From assembly GCA_965237675.1 (NCBI GenBank), contig OZ250150.1:2624001-2688000 (forward strand): 64,000 bases of DNA. Reading direction: 5' to 3'. Shown piece by piece: positions 1-9,141 of the stretch. The position numbers and the translations under genes are program-made. Below the pieces are notes generated by a model that saw nothing but the letters and a program-made list of their open reading frames with translations, was not told where the DNA came from and did no database searches. Every line of letters starts with the position of its first letter. Position 1 is the first letter of the stretch. The stretch comes from Candidatus Latescibacterota bacterium. Its GTDB lineage: Bacteria > Latescibacterota > UBA2968 > GCA-2709665.

Positions 1-2
1 GT

Positions 3-635
3 ATACGGCCCCCCCGGGGCGTTATCGAAAAAACCATCCATAAGGGCCTGGAACCCAAGAGCAACAATCGAATCGTTTTCACCGGACCGTTCGAGTGGAG
101 TCGCAGGAACAGTTACAACCTGGGGGCGATGACCGACGTCCTCCGAATCAAGCTGCGCGAGGTCTTGCGGGAGGAGATGGGAGGAACCTATGGCGTGGGT
201 GTGGGCGTGTCCACCTCTCTTTATCCTGAGCAACGGTACCGGATCAGGATCGGTTTCGGCTGCGCGCCTGACAGCGTCGAGCAACTTACCCGGGCGGTTT
301 TCACTCAGATCGACAGTCTCAATCGGTTTGGCGCATCGGATACGTATATAGAGAAAGTCCAGGAGGCGGACCGCCGCGCGCGGGAAGCGGCGTTGAAGGA
401 AAATGGATTCTGGCGAAGGTCCCTCTCGTCCAACTATTGGCTGGGACTGGATCCCGCTTCCTTACTGGCGTACGACGATCTGGTGAACGGTCTCACTTCA
501 GAACTTATCCGGGAGGCGGCGCAGAAGCATTTCGATATGGGGAATTACGCGCGTTTCGTACTCTACCCCGAAAAGGCGACGGGCGAACCCCAGGAAGGGT
601 CCGGGAATCCTCCCGACGCGATAAACGGGTTCTGA
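3..635 (+). CDS. M16 family zinc peptidase (PqqL-like), C-terminal part; 5' end lies outside the window
   Basis: Frame is open from the window start (IRPPRGVIEKTIHKGLEPKS...), then LREVLREEMGGTYGV and FGCAP...ENGFW, typical of PqqL C-terminal M16_C domains. Confidence 0.85.
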   Translation: MRPPRGVIEKTIHKGLEPKSNNRIVFTGPFEWSRRNSYNLGAMTDVLRIKLREVLREEMGGTYGVGVGVSTSLYPEQRYRIRIGFGCAPDSVEQLTRAVFTQIDSLNRFGASDTYIEKVQEADRRAREAALKENGFWRRSLSSNYWLGLDPASLLAYDDLVNGLTSELIREAAQKHFDMGNYARFVLYPEKATGEPQEGSGNPPDAINGF

Positions 636-782
636 TTGATGTGGGCGAGGAACAGTTCCGCCGGGGCCGGCTCAACGACCAGAATCCGGAAGGCACAATA
701 AAGACCAGCGGAGTCCCGGCATGCCCAGATGCCGGGACTCATCTTTAATGTGATACCGAGATACACGTTCGCGGGGCAAAAC

Positions 783-1817
783 ATGGCGAGGTTCGAACGG
801 GCGGCGGATGTCAAGACTGGCGTGGTCGGATACGGTGCGGCCTTCGAAATGGGCCGGCGTCACCTGTCGGATTTGCGAAAAGCGGGAATGACGCCCTGCG
901 CCGTGGCGGAGACGGATCCGGAGCGGCTGGACGCGGCAGGGAGGGATTTCCCGGGAATCGAACAATATCGCTCTGTCCCGGAGATGTTGAGGAAGTCTGA
1001 CGTGAATCTGGTGGTACTGATTACGCCGCACAACACCCATGCGAAGCTCGGACTGCAGTGTTTGCGGGCGGGGCGGCATGTGATCAGCGAGAAGCCGTTC
1101 GCCATCACGACCGCTGAATGCGATTCGATGATACGGGAAGCCAGTGCGCGAAACCTTCTGCTTACCGCGTATCATAACCGGCACTGGGATGGATGTGTGC
1201 TGGAAGCGCTGAAACATCTCCACGAGGAGAAGGCGATCGGCGAGATCTACCGCGTCGACGCGCGAATCGGCGGATACGGTCACCCGGGAGACTGGTGGCG
1301 GAGCAGCCGGTCGATTTCCGGGGGCATCATGTACGATTGGGGAGTTCATCTGCTGGAGTACGCGCTCCAGATCATACCCGCGGAGATCGTCGAGGTTGCG
1401 GGGTTCGCAAAGACCGGCTTCTGGGCAGACGAGACACCATGGAAAGACGATACCAACGAAGATGTCGCGTGCGCGGTGGTGAGGTTCAACAACGGCGCCT
1501 GGCTGAGTCTGACGGTATCTTCGCTGGAGGCGAATCCCAGGCCGGGGCAGTTGGAGGTTTCAGGTACGGAAGGCAGCTATATCTTCGACGGGCGGACGTA
1601 CGAGATGGTCCGGAAACTGGGATCGGAACGGGTCGTTAAGAACGGCACCAACACGGCCAGCAGGTGGGAGGCGTTTTACCAGAATATCGCGGAGCACCTC
1701 ACGGAAGACAAAGAGCTGGTGATTACCCCCGAATGGGCCAGGCGGCCGATCCACATTCTGGATCTTGCCGTGAAAAGCGCAAAGCAGGGAAGGGCAATGA
1801 AGGCCCGGTACAAATAA
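783..1817 (+). CDS. Gfo/Idh/MocA family oxidoreductase
   Basis: GVVGYG Rossmann start, ITPHNTH, HVISEKP, YHNRHWD, GGIMYDWGVHLL; start moved to ATG 783. Confidence 0.9.
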   Translation: MARFERAADVKTGVVGYGAAFEMGRRHLSDLRKAGMTPCAVAETDPERLDAAGRDFPGIEQYRSVPEMLRKSDVNLVVLITPHNTHAKLGLQCLRAGRHVISEKPFAITTAECDSMIREASARNLLLTAYHNRHWDGCVLEALKHLHEEKAIGEIYRVDARIGGYGHPGDWWRSSRSISGGIMYDWGVHLLEYALQIIPAEIVEVAGFAKTGFWADETPWKDDTNEDVACAVVRFNNGAWLSLTVSSLEANPRPGQLEVSGTEGSYIFDGRTYEMVRKLGSERVVKNGTNTASRWEAFYQNIAEHLTEDKELVITPEWARRPIHILDLAVKSAKQGRAMKARYK

Positions 1818-1827
1818 GGGACAAGCG

Positions 1828-3150
1828 ATGAAGAAGGATACCCGGAACTCGTTTTGCACCGTTCCTTCGGTGCACCCTCCCCCCGACGTGACCCGAATGC
1901 AGGGTTATGCCTCCCGGCTGAGCGCATCGCCGGACGATAACATCGCGTTTCGGATGACCACGTTCGCCCGGACCTACGACGTGGCGTTCAAGCGTGTGGG
2001 CAAAACCGCCGAGGGGATCGGTGAGTTGATGGGGTTGCGCGGGAGGATGCAGGCCTGTCCGGAAAAGGCGTGGGAGAACGGCTGTGATTGGGAGTCTGAT
2101 TTTTTCTGGATTGTGCCGGAAGAGACGCGTTCCTGGATCTATACGGCGGAATTCACGGACGAAAAAGGCGTCAGGTTTCACGTTCCGTTTGTTGTCAAAC
2201 CCTATTTTCACCGGAAGGGTGACGTGGCGGTGCTGGCGTCCACCAATACGTGGCACGCCTACAACGGATGGGGCGGCCGGTCGGCCTACAGCGAGCCCCA
2301 GCCCAAAACGTTGAGCCTGGATCGGCCGATGCCCACGGCATCCCCCGAGGGCGAGGGCCGAAGCCATCTGTTGCGGGCCGAAATGTGGATTCTGGACTGG
2401 ATGGAGGAATGCGGTTACGCGGTGGACGTGTATTCGGACATCGATCTGCACCAGGGATGGGAGTGGCTGGCCGGTTACAAAGCCCTTGTGATCAATACGC
2501 ACAGTGAATACTGGTCGGAGCCGATGCGAGATCACCTGGATGCCTATCTGGATGCGGGCGGCTGCCTGCTTTATCTATCGGGAAATGGCGTCTACTGGAA
2601 GGTAACCTGGGATTCGACCTGCCGCACCATGGAAATCCGGAAAGACGGAAAGCCGCACTATCAGAATGGCGAGCAAGGCGGGCTTTGGCGCAACGTGGGG
2701 AGGCCCGAGCACTCGGTGCTGGGGGTGGGATATGTGCGCCCGGGATATATGACATTCTCGCCGTATAGGGTCGATACGGCCTCGCACTGGGTATTTGAGG
2801 GCCTCGGACTGAAGAATGGCGATCTGATCGGCGAAAAGGGCATCAACGGCGGCGCCGCAAGCGGATGGGAGGCGGACCAGGTGCGGGATGAATGGTCACC
2901 GGAAAACATCACAGTGCTGGCAAGAGGGATCAATCCGCTGGATTTTATGCCCGATGGAGAATCGGCGGTTTATCCGAACGAAGAGTACGATTGGGACGGC
3001 TCCGGGGGAGCCCATATGACGTATTACGACCATCCAGGCGGGGGCGGGGTATTCTCGGTGGGGTCGATCGCTTTTGGCGGTAGTCTGGTCGTGGATCGCG
3101 TGCTGCAGGGGACCGTGCGAAATGTGCTGGATGGGTTTCTCCGCAGATAA
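1828..3150 (+). CDS. N,N-dimethylformamidase beta (large) subunit family protein
   Basis: STNTWHAYNGWGG, LSLDRP, GYAVDVYSDIDLH, HSEYWS, YLSGNGVYWKV, GGGVFSVGSI motifs. Confidence 0.8.
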   Translation: MKKDTRNSFCTVPSVHPPPDVTRMQGYASRLSASPDDNIAFRMTTFARTYDVAFKRVGKTAEGIGELMGLRGRMQACPEKAWENGCDWESDFFWIVPEETRSWIYTAEFTDEKGVRFHVPFVVKPYFHRKGDVAVLASTNTWHAYNGWGGRSAYSEPQPKTLSLDRPMPTASPEGEGRSHLLRAEMWILDWMEECGYAVDVYSDIDLHQGWEWLAGYKALVINTHSEYWSEPMRDHLDAYLDAGGCLLYLSGNGVYWKVTWDSTCRTMEIRKDGKPHYQNGEQGGLWRNVGRPEHSVLGVGYVRPGYMTFSPYRVDTASHWVFEGLGLKNGDLIGEKGINGGAASGWEADQVRDEWSPENITVLARGINPLDFMPDGESAVYPNEEYDWDGSGGAHMTYYDHPGGGGVFSVGSIAFGGSLVVDRVLQGTVRNVLDGFLRR

Positions 3151-3166
3151 CAAAGAGGACAAGTCA

Positions 3167-4078
3167 ATGGCCGATGGACGGATAACCGCACGCTACGATC
3201 TGCATCTGCACACGTACTGGAGCTATGATGCTACGGCGCAACCGGAGAGTCATTTCAGACGGGCCGGGGACCTCGGGGTCGCGTGCTTCGCGGTAACGGA
3301 CCACCACGTGCTGGATTCGCTTCCGGAGGTGCTGGAGATCTCGCAGCGCTACCCCGAGGTGCGAGTCGTACCCTCGGCCGAATTGACAATGACAACGTCG
3401 ATCGGGTCCGTGGATTTGCTGTGTTACGGTTTTCCCGCGGACCTTCCCGAGGCGATGAAGCAGGTGCTTGAAGCGTATCACCGCTGGCAACGTGACTACG
3501 GCGCCGCGATTTCAGCAGGCCTGAGGGCTCTGGGATACGGGTTTTCCGACGAGGACCGGCTGGATCTGCTGAGGTCCTATCGACCAGAGAAGACGATCGC
3601 CGTGCAGGGAAATACCCACGTGAAGGGCGGCGTGATCCAGCAGTATTGCGTGGATCGGGGTTTTATCGAGCGCGTCGACGACTACGGAGATCTGATGACG
3701 CGAGCGGGCGCGGCGACGCGGTTTCCGCCGTATCCGCACGTGAGAGATGTGATGTCCGCCGTCAAGGAGGCAGGCGCGCTGGTGGCGATCGCGCATCCGT
3801 TTGGCTATTTTCAGGAAGACAATGTGGAACGGATGGATGCGCTGCGTACGGAATGTTCGCTGGATGGGATCGAATGCGCACATCCGAGCGTGCCGCCTGC
3901 GTTTACCGCGAAATACCGGGAATATTGCGAACGCCACGGGTTGTTCTCCACGGGCGGATCGGATTGTCATACGGATGAAGACGTCGCGAGGGGTTTCGCG
4001 GGGCACGGCGGTCCTGATGAGTGGCTGGACGAATTCCTGGAGCGGTTGGACGCACGCAGGGTTGGCGGGAACATCTGA
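3167..4078 (+). CDS. PHP domain metal-dependent phosphoesterase (TrpH/YciV-like)
   Basis: DLHLHTYWS, AVTDH, AIAHP, DGIEC, TGGSDCH; ATG 3167 follows GAGGA. Confidence 0.9.
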   Translation: MADGRITARYDLHLHTYWSYDATAQPESHFRRAGDLGVACFAVTDHHVLDSLPEVLEISQRYPEVRVVPSAELTMTTSIGSVDLLCYGFPADLPEAMKQVLEAYHRWQRDYGAAISAGLRALGYGFSDEDRLDLLRSYRPEKTIAVQGNTHVKGGVIQQYCVDRGFIERVDDYGDLMTRAGAATRFPPYPHVRDVMSAVKEAGALVAIAHPFGYFQEDNVERMDALRTECSLDGIECAHPSVPPAFTAKYREYCERHGLFSTGGSDCHTDEDVARGFAGHGGPDEWLDEFLERLDARRVGGNI

Positions 4079-4169
4079 TCGACCCACGGGACACAACGAT
4101 CCCGCAGAGGATCCGGGTACGGGAAACACAAGCCCGGAAAACCAATTTCGGAAGGTGAGAGATCAGGTA

Positions 4170-5801
4170 ATGAAAGCGTCGGATCTGTTTGTAAAGGCCC
4201 TGGTGGCCGAAGGCGTGGAATATATCTTCGGCATCCCGGGCGAGGAGAATCTGGACCTGCTCGAGTCACTGCGCCATTCGAGCATACGCGTCATTCTCAC
4301 CCGGCACGAGCAGGCGGCGGGCTTTATGGCCGCAACGTACGGTCGCCTCACTGGCAGGACCGGGGTGTGCCTGTCGACCCTTGGGCCCGGGGCGACGAAT
4401 TTTGTAACCGCGGCGGCGTACGCCCAGCTGGGTGGCATGCCGCTGCTTATGATTACGGGCCAGAAGCCCATCAAGTCGAGCAAACAGGGCCACTTCCAGA
4501 TCGTGGATGTGGTTGAAATGATGCGGCCCCTGACCAAATACACCACCCGGATCGTCAGTGGCGCGACCATACCGCCGCGTGTGCGTGAGGCTTTCCGCGT
4601 GGCCGAGGAGGAGCGACCGGGAGCCGTGCACCTGGAGTTGCCCGAGGATATCGCCGCGGAAGAGGCGGTGGGCCATCTCTTTCCGAGGGATCGGGTGCGG
4701 CGCCCGGTGGCGGAGGCCAAGGCGGTCGCGCGGGCCGTCAGTATGATCCAGGATGCGCGCCGACCACTGCTTCTGCTGGGTGCGGGGGCCAATCGCAAGC
4801 GTACCTCGAATATGCTCGCCCGGTTCATAGACAAGACGGGCATTCCCTGGTTCAACACGCAAATGGGAAAGGGCGTGGTGGACGAGCGCCATCCGCTGTA
4901 TCTGGGAAATGCTGCCATGTCTTCCGGCGATGCCATACATTGCGCCATTGAGCGGGCCGACCTGATCATCAACGTGGGCCACGACGTGGTGGAAAAGCCG
5001 CCTTTTTTGATGCGGGAACAGGGACTGAACGTTATTCACGTCAATTTCTCTTCGGCCGAGGTCGATCCCGTATACTTTCCGCAACTCGAGGTGATCGGCG
5101 ACATAGGCAACAGCCTGTGGCAGATCTGCCAGCAGATCGAACCCCAGCCCCACTGGTTGTTCGACTACTTTCTCAGGGTGAAGGAATGGGCCGACGTGAA
5201 GTTGGCCGCCGGAGATGACGATGACCGCTTTCCGATACTGCCGCAGCGGTTGGTGGCCGACGTGCGGCGCGTGCTGCCCGACGATGGCCTGATCGCCCTC
5301 GATAACGGCGTATACAAGATCTGGTTCGCACTCAACTACCGAGCCCACCAACCGAATACCGTCTTGTTGGACAACGCCCTGGCAACCATGGGCGCCGGTC
5401 TGCCCTCCGCCATGGCGGCCAGCCTGCTTTATCCGGATCGCAATGTGGTGGCGGTCTGCGGCGACGGCGGCTTTATGATGAACTCACAGGAGTTGGAGAC
5501 CGCTTTGCGGTTGGGTCTGAACCTCGTGGCGCTCGTGTTGCGGGACGACGGCTACGGTATGATCAAATGGAAGCAGGCCCATATGGGTCTGGCGGATTTC
5601 GGGCTGGATTACGGGAATCCCGATTTCGTACGCTACGCCGAGAGCTACGGCGCCGGGGGACACCGGTTGGAACGAACGGACGACATGGCCGGATTGCTCC
5701 AGCGGTGTCTGAAGGCCGGCGGGGTGCATTTGATCGAAGTACCTGTGGATTATTCCGAAAATCACCAGTTGCTGGACGGGCAACTGGAATGTCCCCTGTA
5801 A
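4170..5801 (+). CDS. Acetolactate synthase large subunit (ThDP-dependent)
   Basis: IFGIPGEENLD, TRHEQAAGFMAA, STLGPGATN and the ThDP motif GDGGFMMNSQELET; start at MKASDLFV. Confidence 0.92.
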   Translation: MKASDLFVKALVAEGVEYIFGIPGEENLDLLESLRHSSIRVILTRHEQAAGFMAATYGRLTGRTGVCLSTLGPGATNFVTAAAYAQLGGMPLLMITGQKPIKSSKQGHFQIVDVVEMMRPLTKYTTRIVSGATIPPRVREAFRVAEEERPGAVHLELPEDIAAEEAVGHLFPRDRVRRPVAEAKAVARAVSMIQDARRPLLLLGAGANRKRTSNMLARFIDKTGIPWFNTQMGKGVVDERHPLYLGNAAMSSGDAIHCAIERADLIINVGHDVVEKPPFLMREQGLNVIHVNFSSAEVDPVYFPQLEVIGDIGNSLWQICQQIEPQPHWLFDYFLRVKEWADVKLAAGDDDDRFPILPQRLVADVRRVLPDDGLIALDNGVYKIWFALNYRAHQPNTVLLDNALATMGAGLPSAMAASLLYPDRNVVAVCGDGGFMMNSQELETALRLGLNLVALVLRDDGYGMIKWKQAHMGLADFGLDYGNPDFVRYAESYGAGGHRLERTDDMAGLLQRCLKAGGVHLIEVPVDYSENHQLLDGQLECPL

Positions 5802-5853
5802 GGGACTCTATTCCGCGATGGATGGTGGTATTCCGAACGACAGAGGGTCCTGA

Positions 5854-5879
5854 CTGGATCGAGGGCATCCTGCCCTCGA
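5854..5879 (+). repeat. REP-like palindrome (CTGG..CGAGGGC-ATCCT-GCCCTCG)
   Basis: Stem TCGAGGGCA/TGCCCTCGA; related copy at 52006-52032. Confidence 0.55.
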
Positions 5880-5984
5880 AGCGAGAACGGCGATGGAAAT
5901 AGGGCTTGATCCACGCCGTGAGAATCGATAATATTGCGATTCAGTCCCCGAAACTGCCTTGATCCGAACCGCAGGAGGTCTTCA

Positions 5985-6560
5985 ATGGCCATTCTCGCTC
6001 CGCGTTCACCCATGACCGCCGAGGGGTTGTTCGAATTGCAGGACGACGGCGGTCGAATTGAACTGGTTGCAGGAGAACTTGCTCGTATGACCCCGACAGG
6101 CGGCGCCCATGGTGCATTGGCGGTCCGCATTGGGCGCCTGCTCGACGAGTACGTCGAAGCAAACGACCTCGGCGTCTGCTGCGGCGCCGAGACAGGGTTC
6201 ATCTTGGAGAGGGATCCCGATACAGTGCGCGCCCCGGACGCCGCCGTGGTGCTGGCATCGCGCGTTCCCGCCTCGGGCGTCCCCGCCGGCTACTGGCCCT
6301 TCGCCCCCGATCTCGCCGTCGAAGTGGTCTCGCCATCGGACCGCCTCGCCGACGTCCACGTCAAGATCGCCGAGTACTTCGCCGCCGGAACCCGCCTGGT
6401 CTGGCTGGTGGAACCCGAAACCCGGATGGTCCACGTCTACCGGTCGCAGCAGCAGGTTGAAGTGCTGGGAACGGAGGACGACCTCGAGGGCGGCGAGGTG
6501 CTGCCGGGGTTCCGCTGTCCGGTGCGGCGGCTCTTTCCCTCCGATCGTTCATCGCGATGA
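5985..6560 (+). CDS. Uma2 (DUF820) family PD-(D/E)XK endonuclease
   Basis: RIELVAGEL, H...AETGF, VRAPDAA, APDLAVEVVSPSD, YFAAGTRLVWLVEP, VLPGF. Confidence 0.92.
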   Translation: MAILAPRSPMTAEGLFELQDDGGRIELVAGELARMTPTGGAHGALAVRIGRLLDEYVEANDLGVCCGAETGFILERDPDTVRAPDAAVVLASRVPASGVPAGYWPFAPDLAVEVVSPSDRLADVHVKIAEYFAAGTRLVWLVEPETRMVHVYRSQQQVEVLGTEDDLEGGEVLPGFRCPVRRLFPSDRSSR

Positions 6561-8263
6561 GCTATGAATTCGCTCTCACAGTAGAATTTGTCACGTTGTA
6601 TTGCGGCACCATTGTAGCGATCGCTCTTTTCTTCGCTATAATAATGGCATGGCACGCGTTTCCGTTATACCGCAGGCTTCGCAACGCGAACAAGGAATTG
6701 AAGGATGTTAACGGAGCACTGGATTTTGTCGCCGCGTTTGAAAGTTACAACAGCCATGTCAAGAAAGCTTTGGGTCTTCCTTGGACGGAGTTCGTGGAGA
6801 CCCTGATTCTTCCTGAACCTGAGTCTGATGACCCAATCCGCAACACCGGTGAAGTGTCACGGTACCTGAACGACGCCACCATTATCTTTCCCAAGATATC
6901 GACCGGTTTCTACCAGGCGGTGCCGAACCTGCTGACGGGAATGGGCATTCTCGGGACCTTTTTCGGCCTCGCAGCGGGCGTCGGATCGGCAAGCTCTGGA
7001 CTGGCCTCCAGCAATCCGGGTGAGATCACGGCGTCCTTACAGCAGCTTCTGGGTGGGGCATCGCTGGCGTTCTGGACGTCTATTGTCGGTATTGTGTGTT
7101 CCATCCTTTTCGTGGTTGTCGAACGCTTTGCCACGCGAAGGCTACATATCGCACTGGACGACTGGGTGGGAGCGATTGAATCACGCTTGGAGCGGGTTAC
7201 GTCGGAGGGTGTTGCGCTACAACAACTCGAGCAGGCGAGGCGTGCGACGACTCAACTCGAACGATTTAACTCCGAGTTGATTTTTTCTCTCGAGAAGGCG
7301 CTTGATGAGAAGATCGCCGGGCGCCTGTCGCCGCAGCTCGAGCAACTGTTGGAAGCGGTCGAAGGACTCCGCGCGGACCGGTCCACTGACAGCGGTCGGA
7401 TGATCAACGATGCGCTCGACAGGTTCACGGCGGCCATGCAAGATCGGGCGGGCTCCCAGTTCGAGGAGATGGCGTCGATCGTCGGTGACTTGAACTGCAC
7501 GCTGCAGGAGACGGTCTCCGGACTGGCTCGGTCGCAGCAGGACGTCCGTACGGCGCTCGATTCGGTCCTTTCAGCGGTCAGTACGTCTATGGATGAAGGC
7601 GCAAGCGCCATGAATGAGACGTTGCAAAAGTCGCTGAGTGACATCACAAGCGCCGTCGCGGCCGCTTCTGAACAAATGGCGGAACGTCTGACCACATCTA
7701 GCGCGACGGCTGCGGCTGAAATGTCGGATACCGTTGGGTTCGTAACTCGATACTTGCAGTCCGCAGCGGAGAGTCTCGATCAGTCCACGCAGCGGAGTGA
7801 ACAGGTCTTGAGCGGCATGATGACGTTCGTTGAAGAACTCAACGAACTACGCAGTACCGTAGAATCGACGCACCAGCAGATTCAGTCTGTGGCGGGACCG
7901 GTCGAACGTGCCGCCCGCGAGATCCGGGAAGCGAGCGACAGGACGGCTGAGACGCTGTCAAGGACGAGCGACTTGGTCGGCCGCGTCGACGAGATTGTAA
8001 ATGCGCTCGAGCAGCACCAGCAGTCGATAGCAGGCGCCTGGACGAGATACCAGGAACGATTCGAAGACATAGACGAGTCACTTGCAGCGGTGTTCCGACA
8101 AATCGACGAAGGCCTGTCGGGGTATTGCGAACAAGTAAAGGAGTTCGCAAACGAACTTGACAAGACGACCTCCGGGACCATCAGAGGTCTGGCTGGGGCC
8201 ACCGCAGAACTCAGCGAGTCCATCGAGGACCTGATCCCGCGTCTCCCGGGATCGTCGCAATGA
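6557..8263 (+). CDS. zorA: Zorya anti-phage protein ZorA (MotA/TolQ-like TM region plus long helical tail)
   Basis: N-terminal TM, PNLLTGMGILGTFFGL and ASLAFWTSIVG channel helices, long heptad-rich helical tail; followed by a MotB-like gene. Confidence 0.9.
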   Translation: MSYEFALTVEFVTLYCGTIVAIALFFAIIMAWHAFPLYRRLRNANKELKDVNGALDFVAAFESYNSHVKKALGLPWTEFVETLILPEPESDDPIRNTGEVSRYLNDATIIFPKISTGFYQAVPNLLTGMGILGTFFGLAAGVGSASSGLASSNPGEITASLQQLLGGASLAFWTSIVGIVCSILFVVVERFATRRLHIALDDWVGAIESRLERVTSEGVALQQLEQARRATTQLERFNSELIFSLEKALDEKIAGRLSPQLEQLLEAVEGLRADRSTDSGRMINDALDRFTAAMQDRAGSQFEEMASIVGDLNCTLQETVSGLARSQQDVRTALDSVLSAVSTSMDEGASAMNETLQKSLSDITSAVAAASEQMAERLTTSSATAAAEMSDTVGFVTRYLQSAAESLDQSTQRSEQVLSGMMTFVEELNELRSTVESTHQQIQSVAGPVERAAREIREASDRTAETLSRTSDLVGRVDEIVNALEQHQQSIAGAWTRYQERFEDIDESLAAVFRQIDEGLSGYCEQVKEFANELDKTTSGTIRGLAGATAELSESIEDLIPRLPGSSQ

Positions 8264-9141
8264 CAACCGGCTCGAGACCGACGCCGGAGGCGGGCCCAAG
8301 CGGACAGAACTATCTCGCCAGCGTCAGCGACCTCGTTTCCGCGCTCATCTTTGTATTCATCATCATGCTGGCGGTGTTCGCGTACCAACTCGCAAACGTC
8401 ACCGAGGAGCAGGCCAGGGTCACCGAGGAATTGACCGCCGCGGACGAAACGCGCGATCGAATGCTCCGAGACATCAAGAGCCGACTTGAAAAAACTGGCA
8501 TGCGGGTCCAAGTACTGGCCGACCAGGGTGTCCTGCGGCTGTCGGACAACGCTATCAACTTTCCGTCGGGAAGCGAGATTCCCGTCGCCGACCATCGCGT
8601 CAACGTCGGGCGTCTCGCGCAAGCAATTGCCGAGGTCGTGCCTTGCTACATCTCTACCGCGAAGGCCTTCTCGCCGGCGGGTGGTGGTGACGACGGCACG
8701 AGCGCGAAGCACGGCGACGACTCACCCGCGTACTGTCAGCCTCCGGCCGATCCGGCCGCCTACCCATGCAGGAAGCAGGAGTTTCCCTGGCTCCTCGAGA
8801 CCTTGCTGATCGAAGGCCACACAGACGACGTGCCGGTCGCAGCCGGCAACCGCTTCCGAGACAATCTTGAGTTGGCATCGATGCGGGCGGCGACGGTTCT
8901 TCGCATGATTGTCGTTTGCGAACCCGGACTCAAAGGCCTTCTTAACACCGACGACTACCCCATTCTGAGTACCAGCGGGTACGGCTACACCCGGCCCGTG
9001 ACCCTCGACACCGAGCTGGCCGGCGAAAACCGGCGAATCGACCTGCGGTTCCTGCTCGAACCCCCCGAAGGGGCGTTGCACCAAAACGAACCGGAGGTCC
9101 AGACCGACGTCCGCGAACGGTATGATGAGAGGCCGCCTTGA
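8260..9141 (+). CDS. zorB: Zorya ZorB (MotB/OmpA-like peptidoglycan-binding protein)
   Basis: YLASVSDLVSALIFVFII TM with the conserved Asp; IEGHTD, NLELASMRA, SGYG, NRRIDLRF. Confidence 0.92.
   Translation: MTTGSRPTPEAGPSGQNYLASVSDLVSALIFVFIIMLAVFAYQLANVTEEQARVTEELTAADETRDRMLRDIKSRLEKTGMRVQVLADQGVLRLSDNAINFPSGSEIPVADHRVNVGRLAQAIAEVVPCYISTAKAFSPAGGGDDGTSAKHGDDSPAYCQPPADPAAYPCRKQEFPWLLETLLIEGHTDDVPVAAGNRFRDNLELASMRAATVLRMIVVCEPGLKGLLNTDDYPILSTSGYGYTRPVTLDTELAGENRRIDLRFLLEPPEGALHQNEPEVQTDVRERYDERPP

Noticed and set aside
6557-9141. Flagellar motAB or exbBD/tolQR
   Set aside because: The long helical tail and downstream EH-signature and SNF2-Mrr genes indicate Zorya
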